Shown: positions 44,722 through 53,228 of the stretch, piece by piece
How the letters are laid out: the number at the start of each line of letters is the position of its first letter
Position numbering within the stretch: position 1 is the first letter of the stretch
IMG/VR virus record: IMGVR_UViG_3300037882_003354
Coordinates: 258,513-322,512 of that record
DNA: 64,000 nucleotides
Strand: one strand, 5' to 3'
The notes under the pieces: generated by a model
The model's input: the letters and a program-made list of their open reading frames with translations, nothing else
Databases searched by the model: none
What the model was told of the DNA's origin: nothing
Program-made: the position numbers and the translations under genes

Positions 44722-44803
44722 GCATCAGTGTCAGATTGGGAATGAAGCGGTCTGCAAAACCGCTCCGAAAGGGAAGTAGGTTCGATTCCTACCTGATGCT
44801 CCA
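44722..44803 (+). tRNA. tRNA-Cys(GCA) with extra variable arm
   Basis: GCATCAG/CTGATGC, U73, GCGGT-CTGCAAA-ACCGC, small GAAA-capped variable arm. Confidence 0.85.
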
Positions 44804-44826
44804 ATTAATTTTACCACTTGCCACTG

Positions 44827-44855
44827 TTGACGCATAACTAAGATATGTATACACT
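44827..44855 (+). promoter_or_regulatory. sigma70-type promoter
   Basis: TTGACG-17bp-TACACT. Confidence 0.65.
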
Positions 44856-44861
44856 TTATTC

Positions 44862-44972
44862 ACGGTTGTGAGTGGAATTGGCAGACCTCCAAAAGAATCG
44901 TTGTATGATTTGAGGGATGGGGCAGAGTTATAAACATCGCCTTTGTAGGTTCGAGACCTACCAACCGTACCA
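44862..44972 (+). ncRNA. 111-nt tRNA-like RNA with an expanded, non-canonical anticodon region
   Basis: ACGGTTG/CAACCGT-A-CCA, Leu-like D-loop GGAATTGGCAGAC, T-arm GTAGG-TTCGAGA-CCTAC, no 7-nt anticodon loop. Confidence 0.7.
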
Positions 44973-45015
44973 AAAATAAAAATAATAATAATAACAATAA
45001 CAACATATATCATTT

Positions 45016-45837
45016 ATGATCATAGATTGCTTTACATTTTTTAACGAGCTGGATGTGCTGGAGGGTAGATTGGAATATCTGTATGACACAGTGGATTATT
45101 TTGTCATTGTGGAAGCCGATATAACACACAGTGGTGCTGCCAAGCCCATGCAATATGCAGAAAACATGCGTCGGTACCACAAGTATTCAAAGAAAATATT
45201 GTACATGCCCGTGTCCATTGATCCCAGTCAGTACAATCTTGATTACCGGCCTGCGACATTTGAACCCACTGCACCACAATGGAGTGTGGAAAATCTGCAA
45301 AGGAATCACATAGCCAAGGCCTTGGCGCTGTTTCCTGATGATGCCATGGTGGGCATAAGTGATGCGGATGAAATCCCCAGCAAATCAGCCATTGAACTGG
45401 CCAAGTACATCCTGGGTTCTGAAACAGAGGCCTGCTGTCTGGAGCAAGAGATGTTTTATTATAATTTCCGCCAGCAGGCCACCATTGGATGGATACCTGG
45501 TGCCCTGGTCACCAACCGATTTGCCAAGCAAGTGTCTCCGCAGGGAGTTAGAAATCAAGCCATGTGGGGTCAGTTAACTCGAATTCCACAGGGTGGCTGG
45601 CACCTGAGCTATTGGGGATCGCCTGAAGACATTTCGTATAAAATTAAAAATTTTGCACATCAAGAACTAAACAATGCTGAATTCACTAACATTGATAACA
45701 TTCAACAACGTATAGCAACAGGGCGAGACCCGTTCGACCGTGCACCTATGGTGCATGTGGATCCCATGAGTTTGCCCAAATTGCCACACGAAGTGGTTGG
45801 TATTTTTGGCAAAGATTTTAAAAATTTTACACGCTGA
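45016..45837 (+). CDS. GT17-like glycosyltransferase
   Basis: DCFTFFNELD, VDYFVIVEA..THSG..KP, ENLQRN, SDADEIP, GWHLSY, KIKNFAHQE. Confidence 0.85.
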   Translation: MIIDCFTFFNELDVLEGRLEYLYDTVDYFVIVEADITHSGAAKPMQYAENMRRYHKYSKKILYMPVSIDPSQYNLDYRPATFEPTAPQWSVENLQRNHIAKALALFPDDAMVGISDADEIPSKSAIELAKYILGSETEACCLEQEMFYYNFRQQATIGWIPGALVTNRFAKQVSPQGVRNQAMWGQLTRIPQGGWHLSYWGSPEDISYKIKNFAHQELNNAEFTNIDNIQQRIATGRDPFDRAPMVHVDPMSLPKLPHEVVGIFGKDFKNFTR

Positions 45838-45856
45838 CACCTGGAGTAATTAACAC

Positions 45857-47509
45857 ATGATCATAGATTGCTTTACATTTTTTAACGAACTTGATCTGCT
45901 GGAAGGCAGGTTGGAATATCTGTATGATACAGTGGATTATTTTGTCATTGTGGAAGCTGATGTAACACACAGTGGCCAACCTAAACCACTCAACTATCTG
46001 GAAAATATTGCAAGGTATCACAAATTTTCTGATAAAATTCTGTACTTTCCAGTGCACATTGATGTCAGCGCATACGATTGGAGTGTCAAACATGCTGCAG
46101 ATGACCTAACATCACCACACTGGCAAGTGGAAAACCTGCAGCGCAATCACATAGCCACAGCGTTGAAATTATTTGATCCACAAGCATGGATCATGATTGG
46201 AGATCTGGATGAAATACCCAACCGTGATGTGATCCAGTATGCAATATCATGTGTAAATGACACCCAGCCCATGTGTACTTTCAGGCAGGACATGTTCTAT
46301 TATAATTTCAATCAAAAGCAAATTGGCTCCTGGCCGGGCACAGTGGTGACCACCAATCAATACGTGATTAATCATGGCCCACAACAGATCAGAATGTGGC
46401 GATGGGGCTTTGGAGTCACGTGCGGCTGGCACCTGAGCTACTGGGGTTCACCAGAAAAGATTAAACTTAAACTGGAAAATTTTGCACATCATGAATATAA
46501 CACAAGTGAGTTTACTGATGTGGATAAAATAGCAGAACGAATTAAAGCAGGCAAGGATATATTTGATCGTGGTGATCACTGCCGATGTATTCCAGTGGAT
46601 CGATCTTCACTGCCTGCAGATTTATTGAGAGTATTCGGAAAATACGAAATTATAAATGTTGATAACACAGTCCACCAACCTAAGAATTTAGTGCTGGGAA
46701 TTGCACTGGGCTACGGTGTGGACGAAATAAAGAATTTTATTTTAAGTTTTAGGGCGTACAACCAACGGGATTGCATCAACCTGATCATGGACCAGTCCAC
46801 ACTGGATAAAACCCAGAATTTTTTAAAGTCACAAAATGTGGACATCACGTTGTTTGATCTGCATGATGCAATGGGCACCACACCAGTGAACAATCTCAGA
46901 TTTGAACAATATGGAAAGATTATCACTCAGGGAACATATAAAAATATTTTATCAACTGACATTCGGGATGTGATATTCCAGAAAGATCCCTTTGTAAACC
47001 TGCCCGACCATCCCTACCTGTACTTGTTTCAAGAAGACAGTGGTGTCCCCATTGGTGAAGAAGTATACAATTCATTGTGGATAAAAAATGCATATGGTGA
47101 TCAAATACTAGATCAAATAAAAGATCAATTGGTCATCTGCGTGGGCACAGTCATGGCCAGCGCACCAAAGATGTTGGAGTATGTGGATTTCGTCACTGCT
47201 GAATTAAAAAAATTCAAGGAAAGATCCCCGGATGTCTGGAGAGCCCATGCGTTTGAACAGGCGCCGGGCATGTATTTGGGTTATGCAAAAGAACAAAAGA
47301 TTCAGGGCCTGGAAATAAAACCCAGCGGACACATTGTGGGCACCATAGGACTGTCCCTGACACACCACCTGGCCCGTGATCAAATAGAAGGTCGAGGGGA
47401 CGGATTCGTCTACGTGAACGGTCTAGTGCCGGAGATAATCCACCAATATGACCGACACAAAGAGCTGGTGGCATTCTTCAATCAGAAATACAGCATGCCT
47501 GAGTCCTAA
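45857..47509 (+). CDS. GT17-like domain fused to a second GT-like domain (paralog of 41718..42560)
   Basis: N-terminal half as for 45016; C-terminal KNLVLG..GYGV, TDIRDVIFQKDPF, IIHQYDR. Confidence 0.82.
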   Translation: MIIDCFTFFNELDLLEGRLEYLYDTVDYFVIVEADVTHSGQPKPLNYLENIARYHKFSDKILYFPVHIDVSAYDWSVKHAADDLTSPHWQVENLQRNHIATALKLFDPQAWIMIGDLDEIPNRDVIQYAISCVNDTQPMCTFRQDMFYYNFNQKQIGSWPGTVVTTNQYVINHGPQQIRMWRWGFGVTCGWHLSYWGSPEKIKLKLENFAHHEYNTSEFTDVDKIAERIKAGKDIFDRGDHCRCIPVDRSSLPADLLRVFGKYEIINVDNTVHQPKNLVLGIALGYGVDEIKNFILSFRAYNQRDCINLIMDQSTLDKTQNFLKSQNVDITLFDLHDAMGTTPVNNLRFEQYGKIITQGTYKNILSTDIRDVIFQKDPFVNLPDHPYLYLFQEDSGVPIGEEVYNSLWIKNAYGDQILDQIKDQLVICVGTVMASAPKMLEYVDFVTAELKKFKERSPDVWRAHAFEQAPGMYLGYAKEQKIQGLEIKPSGHIVGTIGLSLTHHLARDQIEGRGDGFVYVNGLVPEIIHQYDRHKELVAFFNQKYSMPES

Positions 47510-47567
47510 CATGCAGTTGACTGTTCAGTTGACCATGTAGTATACTATCATTTACAAAGGAAAAACC

Positions 47568-47774
47568 ATGCCCAGACACTCATCACAACAAGCAGTAGAA
47601 GCCGTTGGCAATCGCTATGACCTGGTGCACATTGCCAGCATCCGAGCACGAGAATTGTCTCGTGGTGCCGCGCCCTTGATCCCCACCACCAACGGATTTC
47701 TAGTAACTGCACTAGCAGAAATCCAGGCTGGCGAGGTGGGTCGCGAATACCTGGATAAATTAAAACAACGGTAA
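47568..47774 (+). CDS. rpoZ: RNA polymerase omega subunit homolog
   Basis: AVEAVGNRYDLVHIASIRAREL...VTALAEIQAG; TTGACT-18bp-TATACT at 47517-47546. Confidence 0.88.
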   Translation: MPRHSSQQAVEAVGNRYDLVHIASIRARELSRGAAPLIPTTNGFLVTALAEIQAGEVGREYLDKLKQR

Positions 47775-47784
47775 AAAAATAATT

Positions 47785-47869
47785 GGGAATGTGGCGTAAT
47801 TGGTAGCCGCACCAGATTTAGGTTCTGGCGCCGAAAGGTGTGTGAGTTCGAGTCTCACCATTCCCACCA
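47785..47869 (+). tRNA. tRNA-Leu(TAG)
   Basis: CCAGA-TTTAGGT-TCTGG, long variable arm, CCA. Confidence 0.93.
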
Positions 47870-47892
47870 AAAATAACAAAAGGCGATACAAC

Positions 47893-48135
47893 ATGGAAAT
47901 AACACAACTAGAAATGGCATACACAGATCTGATCACAGATGCCAGTCCCGCCACCTTGCACATGGCAAATCGCGTGCGTGATATACTCATGCAGCATGCG
48001 CCAGGCAACATGGACTCACTGGGCATGTTGACTGCACTGGATCCAGTGAGCCAGATTGAATTTCTGCCCAAAAGAGAACAAATGAAAAAATATATGAATT
48101 TGGTTTCTATTGCCATCAGGGACACAGCACCATGA
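47893..48135 (+). CDS. hypothetical protein
   Basis: ATG 47893 after the tRNA, AGG upstream. Confidence 0.6.
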   Translation: MEITQLEMAYTDLITDASPATLHMANRVRDILMQHAPGNMDSLGMLTALDPVSQIEFLPKREQMKKYMNLVSIAIRDTAP

Positions 48136-48389
48136 CCAACCTGATAAAAGAAACACTGGAAAACGGCGACGTCTACGAATTTGATCTGGACGTATGCAAC
48201 GCAGCGGCTGATCAGGCGCTGGAAGAACTCTTGGAAAAAGAGGGCGAGGTGGAAAACTTTGACTTTGTGGCCAGCGTCTTCAGCTTGTTTGTGGCCAGCA
48301 TCAGCATCCTGACTCAGTCGGGTTGGACCACGGATGAGTTGATCAACGAAGTCATGGCCAGCACAGAACATACGGACACACAACATTAA
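48132..48389 (+). CDS. small acidic hypothetical protein
   Basis: very D/E-rich 85 aa. Confidence 0.7.
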   Translation: MTNLIKETLENGDVYEFDLDVCNAAADQALEELLEKEGEVENFDFVASVFSLFVASISILTQSGWTTDELINEVMASTEHTDTQH

Positions 48390-48403
48390 CACAAGGAAAT
48401 CAA

Positions 48404-48586
48404 ATGAGCCACGGTGGAAAAGGCAGTAGAGCAAGACCCTACAGCGTGACCAATGACGAGTATTCTCGACGGTGGGACGCCATCTTTGGTCGCGACCTGG
48501 ATAAAAAGACCCCGCCTGAAGAACCCACGCCGCCTGAAGTCGCTCCTGTGGAAAATGACACACACCCAATGCCCGCTGATAAGTAA
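48404..48586 (+). CDS. hypothetical protein
   Basis: GGKGSRARP...WDAIFG; AAGGA RBS. Confidence 0.7.
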   Translation: MSHGGKGSRARPYSVTNDEYSRRWDAIFGRDLDKKTPPEEPTPPEVAPVENDTHPMPADK

Positions 48587-48628
48587 TCATTGACACTGTA
48601 TAAGAAATTTGTTATAATAATAAAATAC

Positions 48629-48711
48629 GCTGGAGTCGCATAGTGGCAATTGCAACGGTTTTGTAAGCCGTCGGGAAACCTCCGTGAGTTCGAGTCTCAC
48701 CTTCAGCACCA
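48629..48711 (+). tRNA. tRNA-Thr(TGT) with extra variable arm
   Basis: G1:C72, C2:G71, ACGGT-TTTGTAA-GCCGT, GG-GAAA-CC variable stem; TTGACA-17bp-TATAAT at 48590-48618. Confidence 0.85.
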
Positions 48712-48733
48712 ATCGACATATAAAGTACATGGA

Positions 48734-48809
48734 GCGGCGTTAGCTCAGTTGGTAGAGCGCGATCCTTCCACGTTCGAGGTCATCGGTTCGAGCCCGATAC
48801 GCCGCTCCA
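48734..48809 (+). tRNA. tRNA-Gly(TCC)
   Basis: GCGGCGT/ACGCCGC, U73, loop CTTCCAC, CCA. Confidence 0.9.
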
Positions 48810-48837
48810 TGTACTTCAACCTTTCAACCTCTTAATC

Positions 48838-49398
48838 ATGTCATTAACTGAATTTGCAAAAAACCATCATCCCAGAACCGACAAATACGACCTGGGATAC
48901 ATTGACGAATTTTACCATGAGTTGTTTGCACCCAGGGTGCATGCTGTAAAAAATTTACTCGAGATTGGAGTTTATCAGGGCAATTCCATTCTACTGTGGC
49001 GAGACTTCTTCCCCCATGCATCCATCACTGGAGTGGACATCAATCAATGTCCGCGATTGCACTCGGAACCCAGGGTAAATGTTTTTTACGAAAACGCTTA
49101 TGCCCAAAGTTTTGTTGACAAATTTCCCAAGAACTTGTTTGACGTCATTATTGACGATGGTCCGCACACATTTGAAAGCATGGAGTTCTTCTTAAAGAAT
49201 TATCTAGCCTTGGTCAAGCCTGGTGGATTGTTGATTTTAGAGGACATCATTAATCCTGCATGGACTCCTGAGTTATTGAAATTGATTGATCCTGGGGTCA
49301 GCAAGGTCACAGTGGTGGACATGCGAGGCAAGCAACTTAATGCTAATTTGTTGCAAGATTGGAAAAACGGTCTCGATGTAATTATTGTGGAAAAGTGA
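48838..49398 (+). CDS. class I SAM-dependent O-methyltransferase-like
   Basis: TDK, LLEIGV, GVDI, FDVIIDDGPH, KPGG..ILED. Confidence 0.88.
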   Translation: MSLTEFAKNHHPRTDKYDLGYIDEFYHELFAPRVHAVKNLLEIGVYQGNSILLWRDFFPHASITGVDINQCPRLHSEPRVNVFYENAYAQSFVDKFPKNLFDVIIDDGPHTFESMEFFLKNYLALVKPGGLLILEDIINPAWTPELLKLIDPGVSKVTVVDMRGKQLNANLLQDWKNGLDVIIVEK

Positions 49399-49414
49399 TC
49401 AAGCGAGGTATCGC

Positions 49415-49879
49415 ATGCCTACATTGTATGTATTAGTGGGTGTTCCGGGCAGTGGAAAAAGCACCTGGGCACTGAGTCAAGAATGGGCACTATCCTGTGC
49501 TTATATCAACACTGATAAATTTGTCCAAGCATATGCTAGGACCCGGGGCCAGACCTATTCAGAAGTATTTGAGTTCATCATGCCCCGGGCTGTGCGTATG
49601 ATGACAGATGAGGTCATTGCTGCCCGAGAACAAGGTCAAGATATCATCTGGGATCAGACATCCACCACCAGGCACAGCCGTGAGAAGAAGTTGGTCATGT
49701 TGCCAGATCATCGCAAGATTGCAGTGGTGTTTGCCACACCTGATGCCGCTGAATTATCCCGGCGATTGAACAGCCGTCCGGGAAAAATCATTCCTGATCA
49801 TGTGGTAAATGACATGATTGAAAATTTTGAACAACCCACACTGGCAGAAGGATTTGATCAAATCTGGATGGTCAGTTGA
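49415..49879 (+). CDS. P-loop kinase (polynucleotide kinase-like)
   Basis: LVGVPGSGKST, WDQTS, R...R lid, EGFD. Confidence 0.8.
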   Translation: MPTLYVLVGVPGSGKSTWALSQEWALSCAYINTDKFVQAYARTRGQTYSEVFEFIMPRAVRMMTDEVIAAREQGQDIIWDQTSTTRHSREKKLVMLPDHRKIAVVFATPDAAELSRRLNSRPGKIIPDHVVNDMIENFEQPTLAEGFDQIWMVS

Positions 49880-49891
49880 CTAGAGAGTATC

Positions 49892-50458
49892 ATGCCATCA
49901 GTATTTTTAGTATCAGACACACATTTTTCACACCTGGGAGTCTGCCGATTTCTTCGTAGCGACGGCATAACCAAACTGCGTCCCTGGGACTCGGCCGAAG
50001 AAATGGACGAGGAAATGGTACGACGGTGGAATGATCGTGTGCGACCCAACGATAAGGTATATCACTTGGGCGATGTGGTCATGAAACGCAAGGACCTGAG
50101 CATCATGAGTCGGCTGAACGGCGACAAGGTGCTGATCCGTGGCAATCACGACATCTACAAGATGTCTGATTACGCTGAATATTTCCGCGACATTCGAGGT
50201 TACCATGTGATGAATGGACTCATACTGAGCCACATTCCCATTCATGAGGAGAGCCTGGGCAGGTTTGGCACCAATGTGCATGGACATACTCATGCCAACC
50301 GTGTGATGAAAGACGGTGCTATTGATGTTCGATATCACTGCGTCTGTGTTGAGCAAATTGACTACACTCCCATACTGTTTGAACATGTACTCGAGCGAAT
50401 TGAAGCAGAAGGCGGACATGTGGGGTTTCGTAATGGCAATGGTCCTGTGGCTGATTGA
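49892..50458 (+). CDS. calcineurin-like metallophosphoesterase
   Basis: SDTHF, HLGDV, GNHD, SHIP, HGHTH. Confidence 0.92.
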   Translation: MPSVFLVSDTHFSHLGVCRFLRSDGITKLRPWDSAEEMDEEMVRRWNDRVRPNDKVYHLGDVVMKRKDLSIMSRLNGDKVLIRGNHDIYKMSDYAEYFRDIRGYHVMNGLILSHIPIHEESLGRFGTNVHGHTHANRVMKDGAIDVRYHCVCVEQIDYTPILFEHVLERIEAEGGHVGFRNGNGPVAD

Positions 50459-50459
50459 C

Positions 50460-50843
50460 ATGTCAGTTGTCCAATTTTTCAATAAAAGAAAACTATTAGC
50501 CATCTGCGGGTTATTGGTCTGCGGTGCAACTCATGCTCAATGGACACATGTCATGGACGATATATATCTTGACTTTCCAAAAATAAGGCAAATTAATAAC
50601 AACACTTTCCAGGCTTGGATGCTTGCAAATACAAAAACTCCCGGTAGCTCGATGTTTTTAGCAGAATTTGACTGCCAAAAGAAACGTGTGAGCATGATAC
50701 GAGTTGTAATTTTTGCTAAACCCATGGGAACGGGGGATGTGCTTCGTTCAGGAACATACTCTGATTGGGGCTCCATTATATCCGACAGCCCGCTGGATGC
50801 CGTGTCTACGGCACTTTGTCGTAAAACTAGAATAACTCATTGA
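50460..50843 (+). CDS. exported hypothetical protein
   Basis: signal peptide ending ATHA, EFDC, C-terminal Cys. Confidence 0.6.
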   Translation: MSVVQFFNKRKLLAICGLLVCGATHAQWTHVMDDIYLDFPKIRQINNNTFQAWMLANTKTPGSSMFLAEFDCQKKRVSMIRVVIFAKPMGTGDVLRSGTYSDWGSIISDSPLDAVSTALCRKTRITH

Positions 50844-50899
50844 CAATATGACAGTAATACGTTATACTATATACATAAGTTAACATAAAAGTTTATCAT

Positions 50900-50976
50900 G
50901 GGACGGCAGCTTGAGCATGAGGAGCACGGGTCTCATAAACCCGAGGTAATGGGTGCGAATCCCATACGTCCTACCA
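50900..50976 (+). tRNA. tRNA(CAT), probably tRNA-Ile2 (lysidine substrate)
   Basis: CGGGT-CTCATAA-ACCCG, A73, CCA; next to tilS; atypical T-loop TGCGAAT; TTGACA-17bp-TATACT at 50840-50868. Confidence 0.78.
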
Positions 50977-50982
50977 GTACCC

Positions 50983-51014
50983 TGCCCGGCTATTGACAAG
51001 TAGCCGGGCATTTT
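50983..51014 (+). terminator. intrinsic terminator
   Basis: TGCCCGGCTA/TAGCCGGGCA stem plus TTTT. Confidence 0.75.
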
Positions 51015-51035
51015 GGTCAACAGATAACCCTTATC

Positions 51036-51638
51036 ATGCATGTGTTAAGAACTTTACCCAGTCATGTGGCAGTTGCAGTGTCTGGCGGTGTGGACAGCCT
51101 GGTGCTGTTGCACTGGTTGAATCAACGTCGCCAGGTCACGGCAGTACACTACCGTCATGACAGTGATTTTGCACAGGAAGAATATTCATTTGTCAGCGAC
51201 TTCTGTCAAGAACGCGGCATCAACCTAATCACACAAACGCAGACACCCAGCGGCCAACATGGACTGAGTCAGGAAGAATATTGGAGGAGAGCACGATATG
51301 ATTTTTTTAAAAACATTACACTACCGGTATGCACTGGTCATACACTGGATGATGCAGTGGAGTGGTATCTATTTTCCTGTCTTAATGGTCAAGGCCATTA
51401 CATGGAATACAGTCACGCCAATGTGATCCGACCCTTCCTGGCCACTAGAAAATCTCAATTGATTGAGTATGCTCAGACCCATCAAATCGTCTGGTTGGAA
51501 GACCCCAGCAACCAAGATGTGGAGTTTGCCGCAAGAAACCGAATTCGTCATGACATTCTGCCCACCGCGCTCCTGATCAACCCAGGGCTACACAACATGG
51601 TGAGGAAACGAATTATTGAAAAATTAGGTCGGGTGTAA
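51036..51638 (+). CDS. tilS: tRNA(Ile)-lysidine synthetase, catalytic domain only
   Basis: AVSGGVDS PP-loop, RRARY, GHTLDDAVE, RPFL, EDPSN, RNRIRH. Confidence 0.9.
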   Translation: MHVLRTLPSHVAVAVSGGVDSLVLLHWLNQRRQVTAVHYRHDSDFAQEEYSFVSDFCQERGINLITQTQTPSGQHGLSQEEYWRRARYDFFKNITLPVCTGHTLDDAVEWYLFSCLNGQGHYMEYSHANVIRPFLATRKSQLIEYAQTHQIVWLEDPSNQDVEFAARNRIRHDILPTALLINPGLHNMVRKRIIEKLGRV

Positions 51639-51656
51639 TATACTAATAACTACACG

Positions 51657-52682
51657 ATGAAACCCATTCTACACATCCTATCCAACCCCTACGGCACAGT
51701 CAACACCAACAACAGAATTGATCCATTTTCCATGCTCACATGGAAATTCATCCATCACATGACGGCCAGGGGTTGGCCATGCATTCATTATAGCACACCG
51801 GGTTCCCAGGTGGATTGCATGCAGGTGCCGTGCCTGGACGAAATTGTGCCTGATCAGGAAACCAACGTCATCAGGTACAATGAACGTGCCGCTCATGAAA
51901 TCGCTCTGAGAAAGCAGCCTGGGGACATGATTCTGTGTTTTTATGGTGCTGGCAACGGCCAGGCGGCCCTGGCTCATCCAGACTGCAAAATCATTGAACC
52001 TGTGGTGTGTTATAATACCAAGGCAGTGTTTGCAGAATTCCGAGTGTTTGGCAGTTACGCACACATGCACATGTTCTACGGTGAACGAGGCATGCTCATG
52101 AACCCCAGTAGTTTTGATGCCATGATTCCCAATGCCATTACCGCCAGTGAATTTGATTTCTCTGAGCACAAGGATGATTATTTCTTGTATTTCGGTCGTG
52201 TGATCGAACACAAGGGGGTGCAGGTGGCCATTCAAGCCACTGAGGCCGCCGGCAAAAAATTAATCATTGCTGGCCCTGGCACATTGCAGAGCATGGGATA
52301 TCTGGAAACGCCCAGTCATGTGACCATGATGGGGCTGTGTGATGCTGATCAACGCAGGCAGTTGATGAGCGGGGCCCGAGCAATTTTAGGACCCACAATA
52401 TATGTGGAACCGTTTGGCAACATGGTGGCTGAAGGGTACATGAGTGGCACACCAGCCATCACCACCGACTGGGGTGGTTTTACTGACACAGTGGTTCAAG
52501 GTGTCACAGGATTCCGATGCAGAGAATTCCGCGAGTTCGTACAGGCAATTGATCAGATCGACAGGATCGACCCACATGCCTGCCGCAAATGGGCACTGGA
52601 CAATTACGAAGATTCAGTGGTGCATGACAAGTTTGATGCCTACCTGGAAAAAATTATAACCAAGGATTTTTACCGATCATGA
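51657..52682 (+). CDS. GT4 glycosyltransferase
   Basis: FGRVIEHKG, EPFGNMVAE, GTPAI, GVTGF. Confidence 0.88.
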   Translation: MKPILHILSNPYGTVNTNNRIDPFSMLTWKFIHHMTARGWPCIHYSTPGSQVDCMQVPCLDEIVPDQETNVIRYNERAAHEIALRKQPGDMILCFYGAGNGQAALAHPDCKIIEPVVCYNTKAVFAEFRVFGSYAHMHMFYGERGMLMNPSSFDAMIPNAITASEFDFSEHKDDYFLYFGRVIEHKGVQVAIQATEAAGKKLIIAGPGTLQSMGYLETPSHVTMMGLCDADQRRQLMSGARAILGPTIYVEPFGNMVAEGYMSGTPAITTDWGGFTDTVVQGVTGFRCREFREFVQAIDQIDRIDPHACRKWALDNYEDSVVHDKFDAYLEKIITKDFYRS

Positions 52683-53227
52683 ATGTACATTTGATAATTG
52701 TGGATGATTTCTATCAGGATCCTGACAGCATACGAAATTATGCATTGAGTCAGGAATTCTCTGTCAAAGGCAATTTTCCCGGCGCACGAACTGTGCCATA
52801 TCTGCCCGACGATGTCAAGACGGCCATCTCCCATCACATGCAATTTGCAGGTGGCGTGACCGATTGGTTGGTGGAGAGCGGATACACTGGAGCCTTCCAA
52901 CTGGCCACCGCCGGTGACAGGACCTGGATACACGCTGATCACTACAACATGTGGGCCGCTGTATGCTATTTGACTCCCAATGCACCGCACACCGGTGGCA
53001 CTGGATTTTTCAGGCACCGTGCCAGTGGTGATTACAACCGTGTGGATTCAGATCATGAAGGTCAGGATTATACCAAGTGGGATTTATTCGATGTGGTGGG
53101 CAACAAATACAACCGATTGGTCATCTATCGTTCAGATCTGTTTCACACCAGCCTGGATTATTTTGGCAGCACACCTGAAGATGGCAGATTGTTTCAAACA
53201 TTCTTTTTTAACACCAGACGGTATTAA
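52679..53227 (+). CDS. 2OG-Fe(II) oxygenase-like protein
   Basis: IVDDFY, WIHAD (HxD), YNRLVIY, distal His in LFH, RLFQTFF. Confidence 0.7.
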   Translation: MNVHLIIVDDFYQDPDSIRNYALSQEFSVKGNFPGARTVPYLPDDVKTAISHHMQFAGGVTDWLVESGYTGAFQLATAGDRTWIHADHYNMWAAVCYLTPNAPHTGGTGFFRHRASGDYNRVDSDHEGQDYTKWDLFDVVGNKYNRLVIYRSDLFHTSLDYFGSTPEDGRLFQTFFFNTRRY

Positions 53228-53228
53228 C

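Noticed and set aside
47760-48596. 278-aa minus-strand ORF
   Set aside because: Overlaps a tRNA and three plus-strand genes on the opposite strand
48629-48711. tRNA-Tyr(GTA) call suggested by the long arm
   Set aside because: Loop register TTTGTAA gives TGT and C2:G71 fits Thr
50993-50998. TTGACA in the terminator loop as a tilS promoter
   Set aside because: No -10 hexamer at 16-18 bp spacing
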